A stretch of DNA of 61,128 bases, counting the filler, from Dugesia japonica (lineage: Eukaryota), in the NCBI GenBank assembly GCA_001938525.1. It is 6 parts of 6 records of this genome, joined end to end, with 100 filler letters (N's around TTAATTAATTAA, not from the genome) between each part and the next. Parts side by side here need not be neighbours in the genome. Positions count along the whole stretch, not along the records: positions 9,379 to 19,915 come from MQRL01312714.1; positions 20,016 to 32,593 come from MQRL01573047.1; 4 more parts are not named here. One strand, given 5' to 3'. A program made the position numbers and the translations under genes. Under the pieces are notes generated by a model. It was not told where the DNA came from. It saw nothing but the letters and a program-made list of their open reading frames with translations, and did no database searches. Positions 11,764-22,384 of the stretch are shown here, in pieces (position 1 is the stretch's first letter; every line of letters begins with the position of its first letter).

Positions 11764-12993
11764 TTAGTCTCTATTATTAAATGTATTCAGATAAATAAAA
11801 TAAAAATTGAAATAATAAATATTATTCAATAATTTATCTAATAATAAATTATATTCAATATTTTTACTTTTAGAGTTTTCATTTTCTGATTCATATTTGC
11901 TAATTTGCAATTTCATATTTTCATATTTGTCAAATAATTGATTATATGAATTATCCAAATCATCAAATTTGAACTGCAGATTTCCATTATTTGATTTCAA
12001 ATATTTGATTTCACTTTGCAGTTTAACATTTTCTAATTCATTTTTATTAATTTCTAATTTTAGATTTTCATTTTCACTTTTCAAATTATTCAAAAATTTA
12101 TTTTCGGATTCTAAATTATTAATTTGTTTTCTTAAATTTTCTATTTCGTTTCGTAAATTTTTATATAATTGATCTAATTCAATATTTTCGCATTTCCATT
12201 TTTCACTTTCTGATTTATATTTCTGTTTTTTTGATTTATATTTCTTAATTTTCAATTCATAGTTATTATTTTCTGATTCTAAATCGTTAAGTTGTTTTTT
12301 TAATTTTTCCGTTTCATTTTCTAAATTTTTTTTTAGTTGATCCAATTCAGTATTTTTACGTTTCAAAATTTTATTTTTTGAGTTATATCTCTTAATTTCT
12401 GATTCATACTTGATGGTTACATTTTCAATTTCCAAATTATGTAAAAATTTCTTTTCTGATTCTAAATTATTAATTTCAGATTCATCTATGTTTATTTGTA
12501 ATTTTTCATCTTCATTTTGTATTAACAAAAATTTATTTTCTGATTCTAAATTATTAATTTGTTTTCTTAAATTTTCTATTTCATTTTGTAAAATTTGATT
12601 TAATTGATCTAATTCAATATTTTCACATTTCGATTTTCTACTTTCTGATTTATATTTCTTATTTTTAGATTTATATTTCTTAATTTTTAATTCATGGTTA
12701 TTATTTTCTGATTCTAAATCATTAAATTGTTTCTCAAATTCTTTAATTGTATTTTGTGAAGTAATATTGAGACGATTTAATTCAATATTTTCATATTCCA
12801 TAATTTCATTTTCTGATTTATATTTCTCAATTTTTAGTTTATAATTGTTATTTTCTGATTCGATGTGTTTAATTTTCAATTTCAAATTTTTATTTCTGCC
12901 AGAAATTTGATTTTTTAACTTATTTAATTGATTATTTCTGGATTTTAAATATTGAATATCGTTTTCGAATTTTTTGAATTTGTCTGCTACCAA
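11764..12993 (-). CDS. Long K/E/N-rich coiled-coil protein (ORF or large exon) with internal repeats
   Basis: 409 open codons in DNA of ~20% GC, heptad-like NLESEN repeats, and a ~66-aa unit duplicated. A likely splice acceptor (TTTTCAG) lies at ~13011. Confidence 0.7.
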   Translation of the reverse strand: MVADKFKKFENDIQYLKSRNNQLNKLKNQISGRNKNLKLKIKHIESENNNYKLKIEKYKSENEIMEYENIELNRLNITSQNTIKEFEKQFNDLESENNNHELKIKKYKSKNKKYKSESRKSKCENIELDQLNQILQNEIENLRKQINNLESENKFLLIQNEDEKLQINIDESEINNLESEKKFLHNLEIENVTIKYESEIKRYNSKNKILKRKNTELDQLKKNLENETEKLKKQLNDLESENNNYELKIKKYKSKKQKYKSESEKWKCENIELDQLYKNLRNEIENLRKQINNLESENKFLNNLKSENENLKLEINKNELENVKLQSEIKYLKSNNGNLQFKFDDLDNSYNQLFDKYENMKLQISKYESENENSKSKNIEYNLLLDKLLNNIYYFNFYFIYLNTFNNRD

Positions 12994-13194
12994 ATTGTGA
13001 TAAGTTACTTCTGAAAAGAATATTATTTATGTAAAAATTTTCAAATTAATTATTTAATTAATTACTAAATTAATATTTCAATTTTGTTTGGATTAAAATA
13101 TTAGCTACATTAACCCACATCTGATCGAAATGCAATCTTGTGTTTTTTATCAAAACCATTTTTTTATAATTTTGTTTTAATAAATAGTAATTAA

Positions 13195-13700
13195 ACTTAA
13201 AATGGATATAGTAAACAATTTTTAAATTCATTCAGTTCGCAGACAATTGACAAAATATTGGTTGGTAATAATACTGATTTCGATAAAAATATTGAAACTG
13301 TGTTGAATAATCCTGAACCTGATAACGCTTTATCAAACCGTTTCTTGTCATTTGTTTTATCAATTCCTTTTTTTGAAGGTTTCAAAAAGTTTAAGAATTC
13401 CTTTATTGAAAATGGTTTTTACTTCACATAAGATTATTAATGGCTTTGTTAATAACGCCGATACAACAATTGGCTAATGTTCTAACCTTGTATATCAATT
13501 TAAATGTAATGGGTGTGATACCACATACATTAGAGAGACTGCCCGTCATCTCTATACAAGGGTTCAAGGGCATAATAGTTATGGTGGTGGTAGTAATATT
13601 GCTGAGCATAAAAATAAAAGTAGTTGTAAATCGCAAAAAAATTCAAAATCACAAATTAATTAAGAAATTTAAGTAAATTAAAATTTTTGGAAATATCAAT
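13195..13700 (+). mobile_element. PLE 3' remnant (RT thumb end plus GIY-YIG endonuclease)
   Basis: NGYSKQFL, then SNLVYQFKCNGCDTTYIRETARHLYTRVQGH..SNIAEH (VY-x-C-x2-C-YIGET-R-L-R-H pattern). Homologous to 22735-23140. Confidence 0.85.
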
Positions 13701-14104
13701 TTATTTTTGAAAGTTCAGAAAATTTTAAAATAATAATTTAATAGCAAGTGATTTTGTTTTGAAAATTTTATGAAAGTTTTGTAAAAATTTTAAAACATAA
13801 TATTACAAATGATCATTTTTGGTTTCGAAATTTTATGAAATTTTTTTAACGGTTTTAAAATTTTGTAAAAAATTTTAAAATTATATGTTAATACGAATGA
13901 TCATTTATTTTTGTTTTAAAAGTTTATGAAAACTTTAAAATGATGTGTTATTAAAAAATAATTATTTTCTGTAAAATTATCAAATTAATTTAAATCAAGA
14001 TTTAAATCTAAATTTTTGAAAAATAATTTCCGATTAGAGCATAAAGTTTTAATTTGTTTATTTAAACGAATAATGATGTAAATGGTTTTTATTTAAATAA
14101 ATTT

Positions 14105-14780
14105 ATGGAGTTGAATTCTGATGTTAATGATTCGAGGAGTTTTCCAAACTCTCCTAACATGGTGGCAGCGGTAAACACCGATGCAATCACGGAAAGATTG
14201 TTGCCAAAAATATTTAGAAAAGTTTATGAAAATGTGTGTATTATACTTTGTGGCAAAGAACATCGTTGTTAAGAAAGATCAGGAACAATATGTAACATGT
14301 ATGCTTCATGAAGATTTAATTGAAGCATATGTGAAGACATGGAAGAAAAGGAATGGATATCGAGAGAGATTGCGATTAGCTTTTGGAGCAAGAGAGACAT
14401 AAAAAAAATTGACAGAATCTTTTAAGCTATCAACGTGGTGATGAATAACTTGAGGTGAATTTTTAAAAAGTGGAAGATTTGATTGATATATTTTTAGCAA
14501 ATGGAGAGTTGACGAACGAAAAACTCTTATCAAAAATGCTAATAATTTGTGCAAATAGTAAAAAAACAGAAGAAGAGATTATCATGCGAAAATTGGAGAA
14601 AGTAGAAGATATAGAAAAAACGTTATCATTAGCTGATAAAATAGAAAGAAGAGAACCTACTAATGTAGTAAAGAAGTGCTCTGGTGTAACACGTAGATAA
14701 CGTACTGGAGAAAATAGACAAAATATTGAGAGAGCTACACAAAGAACAGAACAACTTTCAACAACCATTACTTTCAACTA
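14105..14780 (+). pseudogene. Probable decayed retrotransposon gag-like ORF
   Basis: Broken charged helical ORFs (..KFMKMCVLYFVAKNI.., ..EDIEKTLSLADKIERR) resembling a Gypsy gag capsid. No diagnostic motif. Confidence 0.35.
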
Positions 14781-15769
14781 ATTCATCATTTTAAGCAAAA
14801 TACAGCATTTTTAACCAAAATAAAGATTTCAAAAAATTATTAAGTTACACCCACCCGCAAGAAAAATTTCAAATAAATCTTAAAAAATCCGATTAATTCT
14901 CTTTCCACTCATACCTTTTTTCAACTCCCGAAAAATTTTTTAACACACTTATACTACTTACAAATATCAACTAATCAAATTCGAACACAACTAATCAGAA
15001 ATGAAAGCATAATCGACATCCAAAATCATACCCATCACATTACCTTTCCAAAAACCCATCCACCAACAAAATACAATAACTGCCTACAAACATACGCACT
15101 CCCGAAAAACAACCCACGATAACTCATACGACTGTGCCCGTGCACTGCCACACTTCTAAGACCAACCATCCATCCAACCTCATGTACTTTAGACAATGTA
15201 TAGACCAAATTTTTGTCCATCCACAACCAAATCTTAAAAACCCCAGAAAAATTATTTCCAACATCTGCAAAACTCTTTCGAGTCCAAATTCCTTCTTACA
15301 CACACGCACACACACTAACTCAACTTGACCTACTTTAAAATAACCCTCTTAGCAACCCAAACACACAAAAATTTCAAAAATTTAATATGCACACAGCCTC
15401 TCAGGATAAAAAACTGATCCGATCAAAAAAAATTTGATCCCAAAAATCTTAGAAAAAAACACCCCAATTTTAAGCAGTTTCCGAGCCACTTACCCAGTGT
15501 GGTTTAATGCAAATTTAGGTAATCTTATTTTACTTGTAATTTTTATTAAATTCTTATATTTTTTAATTTTAAAATTTTATTTTTTTGTTTTTAATTTAAA
15601 GTATTTTAACTCTGGTTACTGTTTATATTCATTTTATTTGCCTTTTTATTAAAATATTTATATACCTAGTATTCTCAAATCATTTTAGAGAAATTTTCAG
15701 TTTTTAAATAAGTATTTTGAGTAGGTGGCGCATGTAGCCAAACCCCCGGTGGAGAAAATTTTTTGAAAG

Positions 15770-16896
15770 AGGCTACGTATCCTGCGATTTGATTTATCGA
15801 AATTTTCAAGTGAATACTTATACTTGATTGTGATTGGTCGAATTTATGAAACTATTTATAATTGACTACGTATACTCGATTCTAATTGGTCAAGAACTGG
15901 GTACTATTTCTAAGTGACTACGTATACTTGATTATGATTGGTTATAATTTGTATATATAAATACATGTGCGGCAATTCAAATTTCATTTTGACATAACCG
16001 AGCGATACTTCAACGTACAGGTATTGCCATTAGTATCGTTGGATGCGTAATAACGTAATGATTTTTGATTAACGTCTAATACATTTTGAATAATTTTAAG
16101 TAATTTTGATTATTTTTTTAAAATTTTTGATTAATTTGTATTGAATTGTGATTAACATGTAATGATTTTTGATTAATATATAATAAATTTTTGAATAATT
16201 TGTAATAAATTTTAATTCAATTTTATTGAATTATTTATTTATTGCTAATTTTATGAATATTCTGTTCACTGTAAAAGAAATTTGAATGCAAAACATTGCG
16301 CGTCCAATGATACCAAATTTGTGACTATTCGATAAGATAATACAAACAAAAAACAAAAATAATAATAATAACCTTCAAAATGAAAATAAATGCCTTGAAG
16401 GAAAAGAAATTAATAACTAAATAAATAAAAATAATTATAATTTCTTTCCTTAATAGCTTTTACTGTCACGCTTGATTGAACTGAGGATTGCACCATGATA
16501 ACCGTCACGTTATTATGCATCTAATGATACTAAAGGCAATACCTGTACGTTGAAGTATGGCGCGGGAATGTCAAAACGAAATTTGAATTGCCGCACATGT
16601 ATTTATGCGAAGGCTTTCCGCAATAATCGATGCAGCTGGAGAATATACCATATATTAACGATATANTGTTTTCTGTATAAATATATATAATATAAATGTT
16701 GTAATTTTTTGTACTGGACAATTTAATGTAACAGACTGTATATACAAATTACAACCAATCACAATACGTAGTCACTTAGAAATAGTAACAAGCTCTCGAC
16801 CTAAGACAATCGAGTATACGTAGCCACTTATAATATAGCCTCATAAACTCGACCAATCACAATCAAGTATAAGTATCCACTTGATAAGTAGCCTAC
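15770..16896. mobile_element. Long inverted-repeat (foldback/TIR-type) non-coding element
   Basis: 15806-16056 is the reverse complement of 16507-16606 plus 16739-16884; the right arm carries a ~130-bp insertion. Each arm has three ~52-bp subrepeats. Confidence 0.8.
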
Positions 16897-18214
16897 TATT
16901 TTGTAAAAGTACTTAATTGTGTATGTCCATGTCTTTTTCTGAAGTTCACTGTTAACAACATGCTAATAATCACATTTAGAAACGTAAGTGATTTTTTAAA
17001 AATAATATTTCACTAGACACAGTAGATCTCTGGTTCAGTAATAGTTGTATCGATATTAAAAAATTGAACTTTTTAGCGATCAACAATTTGGGCACCACTA
17101 ATAGATATTGATGATAATTTTACTTAAATAGATAATTATAAATTTGTGATCACAGATTGAAGTTTTGAACCTACATCTTTATATCATTTATATTATAATA
17201 AAAATAACGAAGAAGAAGAATTAAATAAGTCTACTATATAATTTTTCTGTTTTAATTTCATTTATAATTTTTTAAGAATTAATATTGCTTTAACTAATGA
17301 CCTTAATAATTTATTTCTTTTTGACAAAAAGATAAAACAAAAAAGATAATACAAAAAAATTTACCATCTTTTTTGGATTTTGATTTTTTCTAAAAATATT
17401 AATGTAGTAATTGTTAAAATATAAAAACAAATAAAATATATAGTAAAAAATAATACATAATGTTTAATTACTCATAGGTCTACCAAACAGATGAAACAAA
17501 ATTAAGTTCATATTTAGGATAATAACCTATTAATAAAAAAACGAAATTACGAAACAGATAATTTAGTACTGAATCACCTCNNNNNNNNNNNNNNNNNNNN
17601 NNNNNNNNNNNNNNNNNNNNNNNNNNNNNNNNNNNNNNNNNNNNNNNNNNNNNNNNNNNNNAATTTTATTGGTCAATTTTCGGTCAATTTTATCGTATGG
17701 TTTTAATATGATTTTTTATGGAATTAAAAATTGAACATTTTTTGTATAAAGTTTGTTGTAAAAATGCTTGGTTCTCTCAGAAAAGGTAGTGGCGCACTGG
17801 ATCACTTGAACTTTGGTTTAGAATTTTCTTGGCCAATATCGATCAAATTGTGATAATTTTGGTATCTTTAGACTCAGAATAAAAACTTACTAATACATTA
17901 ATTTAAAAACTTCTAGTGAAAAATGAGTGGTTGAGGAAATATTATATAATTAAATAATTAATTATAAATTATAATTAAATTAATAATAATCTTCATAAAT
18001 TTTTACATCTTTAAACTCAGAATTAAAAATTCTATAGAAATAGAACTTTACTTTTTTAAAAACATGCTTGGTTCTCCCTGAAAAGGTATTTGCACACTGA
18101 ATCAGTACTTTCCTGATCTAAAATATTTTGAATCGAAACCTGTAGCATTACTTAGAGAATTAAAAGTGGGTCATAAATCTATCCATGCTTTTTTCTTGTA
18201 GTTTTTATCCTACG

Positions 18215-19600
18215 TCAGGTTTTCAGACTGTCTGCATTTCGTTTTTCCTCCTGACGTTCCTTCTTTCGTAAATTTTTATTGTGTCTGTTATCCTCGAGCG
18301 ACATCATTTCCCTCGTCTTTAATTTATTCCGAATTGTACTGTTACAATTATCAGGGAGCTTTGATTCTTTGACCAGACTGAGCGCGCCATTACTTGTTTT
18401 AGGCATAGAGAGCCTTAGATATTTTCTTGTTTCCGTGCCTCTTATCCCATCCATGAAGTCTTCAAACACCACGGTCTTTATTTTGTCTTCTGGTATTATT
18501 CTTTTTACTAAACTGATCTATTATTTCAAGTATGTATTTTTTTCGTCCACTTGTTTTCCGCATTAACCCACATATATCTGTGAATAAGACTTCAAAAAAA
18601 CTGGTAGTTATTAATCTCTTTGTCGTCTCTAAAGTTGCAGTCGTCACTACTTTGGTTTTATGACAAATTTCAGAGCTACGAACCATCTTCCGTATTTGGC
18701 TACAGGAATTTTTTGCAATGTATTTGTCTCTCATATATTTGTACACCTTTCCAACTTTTGCATGACATCTTAATTTGTGTGTTTCCTCTATTGATTTCTG
18801 TATTTTGTCATCCGGAATTTTAATTTTCTTGATTATGTTTAATTTACGCTTTTTTCTCTTTATATTGCGTCCAGTACTCTTGTTTTAATCTTCCCTTTCT
18901 TGGCATCTTCATGTGATAGATAGGCACCTTACATGTCTAGATAGGATTGCTATGTTGAATTCCTTTCTATATTTCAAAACTATGTCTAGACTACTCAGAT
19001 AATTAATCCATGTCTGAAATGAAGATGTAATAAGTTTCTTTGTCGTCATCATGAAAGTTAGAGCGTTATGATATGTTATAAAAGAAAATCTTCTGCAATA
19101 CAAGCAATGTTTGAAATGCATGCAGAAATAATAAACAGCCAATAACTCTTTTCAGGTAATGCAATATCCCTTTTCATGACTCGTCATTGAATGTGATCCA
19201 TAGGCAACAACCCTTCCTTCTTTATCTCGATATGACAATACTGCTCCAATTGTATCGAAACCCGCATTTGTATTTAACATAAATTATTTGTTTATGTCTT
19301 GAAAACACAATGTTAGCGCAGTCAGACCCTAAAAAATATTATTTATTTCATTTGTCCATTCTAACTTTTTGTTGCTTGGTCTGCTACAGAATTGTTCCAA
19401 TATCTTTGATTTGCTTGGTCTGCTACAGAATTGTTCCAATATCTTTGATTTGCTTGGGTAGTTTTCTATACACTTCCTGTAGTAATTACAAATTCCTAAG
19501 AAACTTCGCAACTTATTTTGTGTTTTATCCAATGTGTACATCCTACATCCAATTTATCTGCCACGAAAACATCTTCTTTATTTCCAATTATTTTCTTTAA
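18215..19600 (-). mobile_element. Rearranged, degenerate Ty3/Gypsy remnant (RT thumb, RNase H, integrase start, then a gag-like piece)
   Basis: LRSFLGICNYYRK, NAGFDTIGAVLS, YCITxKELLAVYYF..TYHNALTF..FQTWINYLSS, TDICG..KYILEIIDQFSK, then FMDGIRGTETRKYLRLSMPKT. Confidence 0.85.
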
Positions 19601-19915
19601 TCTTCAAAATATTTAAAGCTCTAGTAAATCGCTCTCCATTTTTAATTTGTCTCCCAAATTTTGCTTCAATATTACAAATGTAATTTTCGGCTTTTTTACG
19701 TTTTTCTTTACTTGATCTACTAACGTCATTGTTTCTTCAATTTCTTCTATATTCTGTCATTTCCGCAAAGTCAGGTCTTATACAACTTTTTGTTACCTGA
19801 AAATTAAACTAGCATTATTACTACCATTTTTTCACTAAATCTTAAAATAAACTTGAATCTCTTCATTTCTACGCATGTAGTTAATTAAATTTTGAAAATC
19901 TTTGATAACATCTTT

Positions 19916-20015
19916 NNNNNNNNNNNNNNNNNNNNNNNNNNNNNNNNNNNNNNNNNNNNTTAATTAATTAANNNNNNNNNNNNNNNNNNNNNNNNNNNNN
20001 NNNNNNNNNNNNNNN
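19916..20015. other. Artificial scaffold spacer
   Basis: N44-TTAATTAATTAA-N44. Confidence 0.95.
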
Positions 20016-20060
20016 ATTTGATATAAAGATCGACCCCCCTAGATTTAATCACATAAATCA

Positions 20061-20501
20061 TCAACGTAAAAAGGGTAGAACCCCAACAGAATATTCCGTG
20101 GCCTTATAGGACCATGAGCATTGCTTAATTTCTACACCCTCCTCTCCATCTTTCTCAAATTCACCATGTATGTCAAATTGAACTTTACAATTTTCAAATT
20201 TCCCAAGCTTGCTTTCCACCTGATTTTTAAAATATTCGGAAACGTAAACACTTTTCATTTTCTGATCTTTTACTTTGAACTGGAGACTGATGTAGGCTCC
20301 AGGAAAATCGGATTTTCTAATAAAATCATCGGTTATTGTTGTGATTCTCATCCTCTTCTGGTCCATATTATCTTCTATCAATTGAATTTTCTGTTTTCTT
20401 TCTTGCATATTTTTCTTAGCAGATTGATGCTCATCATCAATTTGTTTATAGCAAATAGATTGTAAATCAATTAATCTGTATATACTAAAATTATTCACCA
20501 T
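20061..20501 (-). pseudogene. Maverick/Polinton pPolB N-terminal-like ORF, truncated at the scaffold edge
   Basis: KVQFDIHGEFEKDGEEGVEIKQCSWSYKA aligns with KIQFGINVEFVKE..EEIKTCPVSSRA of the clearer pPolB remnant at 33593-33823. Intronless. Confidence 0.6.
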
Positions 20502-20669
20502 ATTAATTTTAAATGGTAGTTGTTGTTCATCATGTGATTACCAATATTGTTACAAATAATGAATATTGTCATGTTATAATCATTCACAAATTTTTTAAAT
20601 AATAAAAAAAACAAACATCGAATTTATATTTTAAAATGAACTATTATACAAGAGATCATCATTAGACAT

Positions 20670-21079
20670 TCATTGATAGTCATACATTATTTGTTTGATA
20701 TTCCATAAGGGAACCATGTCATCATCATAGTTATCTTGTTTAAAACCATTCAGTGCAATTTCGAGTCGACCCTTTATTAAATTTGGCATCTTTTCTAATT
20801 TTCTACCTATAATATACAAAGTTGTTATTTTATGACCCGGTAAGTAAGGATTATCAAGAGATTTTTCTTTAAACTCTAAATCAGCATCCAACTGTTTCGT
20901 TGCTTACCTCATTTTCTCCAGATCGTATTTACTCATATTCTTTATTAGATACATGTTTTTGATTTTTCAATTTCTACACTGTCCTCAGTATTTGTAATAA
21001 TAGTTTATCTAACAAGTGGAAATAGTGATTTTTAAATTTCCAAACGATTAATTGATGATCGAATTATTTTGTTGTTCAT
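20670..21079 (-). pseudogene. Disrupted intronless ORF of unknown function in the Maverick cluster
   Basis: ATG at 21079, several stops, and an open C-terminal part DADLEFKEKSLDNPYLPGHKITTLYIIGRK..DMVPLWNIKQIMYDYQ. Tightly packed between the TBP-like and pPolB-like ORFs. Confidence 0.45.
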
Positions 21080-21122
21080 AGTTCATTGCGAAATTGTAAA
21101 ATAATAAAAGAAATTTATACAT

Positions 21123-21599
21123 TTATATAATATTCTTTAATAATAATTTTGATTGATTTAAACAATATTGTATATATTTTGCAATTTCTTTGGTAATTTC
21201 ATGATAATCCAATGACCTTAGTACACGAATAATCACTTTTCCACTGGTAAAAACATTGACACATAATAACTTGTATTTGGTAACTTTTAATGCTGAAAAT
21301 AATTCTGGTTCGAACCAACAATGTAATACACTACTCAATAAATCCACTCTATGTTCAAGATCACACGTATCAGTAATTGATTGAATACCATATATTTGGA
21401 TATTGAGATTTATGCAAGTAATTTGTTTATCGATGATCTGTTTCTTGCATCCCATGATTCGACATTTTCCAGATTCAAAATCAATTACTGAATAATCTTT
21501 CATTTTCACTACATATTGCCTGGGTTTCTTCCAGGTAATAAATCGAAGATCTGAAAGTGAATCAATTAGATGAGCTCTGTAATTAATATTTGATAACAT
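21123..21599 (-). CDS. Divergent TATA-binding-protein (TBP)-fold protein, intronless, Maverick-associated
   Basis: Two TBP half-repeats. LSNINYRAHL..VIDFESGKCRIMGCK matches QNIVSTxxL..LIFSSGKMVCTGAK. IQSITDTCDLEHRVDL..FEPELFSAL..VNVFTSGKVII matches IQNMVGSCDVKFPIRL..YEPELFPGL..LIFVSGKVVL. ATG at 21599; the ORF track extends it to 21662. Confidence 0.85.
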   Translation of the reverse strand: MLSNINYRAHLIDSLSDLRFITWKKPRQYVVKMKDYSVIDFESGKCRIMGCKKQIIDKQITCINLNIQIYGIQSITDTCDLEHRVDLLSSVLHCWFEPELFSALKVTKYKLLCVNVFTSGKVIIRVLRSLDYHEITKEIAKYIQYCLNQSKLLLKNII

Positions 21600-21680
21600 T
21601 GTATAATAACGAATGAGCCATAACCATGAGCTTATATACTCTTTTTGTATAAACAAAATCATTTCTATGGTTTCTGTAAA

Positions 21681-22310
21681 ATGTTACTACAAACAAACGT
21701 GGTTTTTCAAATAGTCGGTTGCAGTGGAAGCTGCAAAACATAATTTGTTTGCAAATTACTACAAAGCAAATTGTTTCGGACAAAATTCAAAAATATTTAT
21801 TAGCATCAAGATGGTGGAGGTGAAGCTGGATTGACTGATGGTGCATTTTGCAAGTTGAGAAAGATTACGATAATTGCTGGATTCGATGATGATTGGTTAA
21901 AGAGATTAAATACTGGGGATGTTATTGTAATCGATGACTTGTTTCAAGAGGCAAATAAGCAGGCTGATTTTAATAATCTCTTTACAAAAGCTGCTCGTAA
22001 TGGTAATGTAACTGCCATTTTCATAACCCAGAATCTTTTCCATTAAGACGGTATGTCTCGTACACGTAATGTAAACGTTCATTATTTGGTTTTATTCTGA
22101 AATCCCCGAGATCAAACTGTGGTTGATTATGTTTCTTGTTAAGCCTTTCCTCACAATAAAGAATTTTTATCAGATGCATTTCTCGATGTTACTACAAAAC
22201 CACATCGATATTTATTTATTGATTTTTTCCAACAATGTCCTGATGATGAACAAGTAAAAACCAATATTTTTAATTCGGAAGGAATAACGGTTTACAAACC
22301 ATTGGTATAA
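21681..22310 (+). pseudogene. Maverick/Polinton A32/FtsK-like packaging ATPase, disrupted
   Basis: Walker A IVG/CSGSCKT (frameshift), Walker B VIVIDDL, then LFTKAARNGNVTAIFITQNLF, SRT..N.HYLVLF.NPRD, KPHRYLFIDF and KTNIF, as in Maverick ATPases. Five in-frame stops. Confidence 0.92.
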
Positions 22311-22384
22311 ACAAAACTAATACTTATTTTCTTGTCTAAATTAGAGTAGATTAATGATTATTTTTCGGTTAAACCTTTAGTTTA

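Noticed and set aside
11969-12598. Plus-strand ORFs, and similar ones opposite the pol, pPolB and gag fragments
   Set aside because: Antisense shadows of the real coding strand.
14990-15510. piggyBac C-terminal Cys-rich domain and terminus
   Set aside because: Only a loose C/H pattern (..VHCH..MYFRQC); no DDD core, canonical terminus or partner TIR.
19372-19457. CRISPR-like direct repeats
   Set aside because: Adjacent 39-bp duplication with no spacers, inside a eukaryotic retrotransposon; no cas genes.
21123-21662. The host's canonical TBP gene
   Set aside because: Far too divergent for cellular TBP, intronless in an intron-rich genome, and embedded among viral-type genes.
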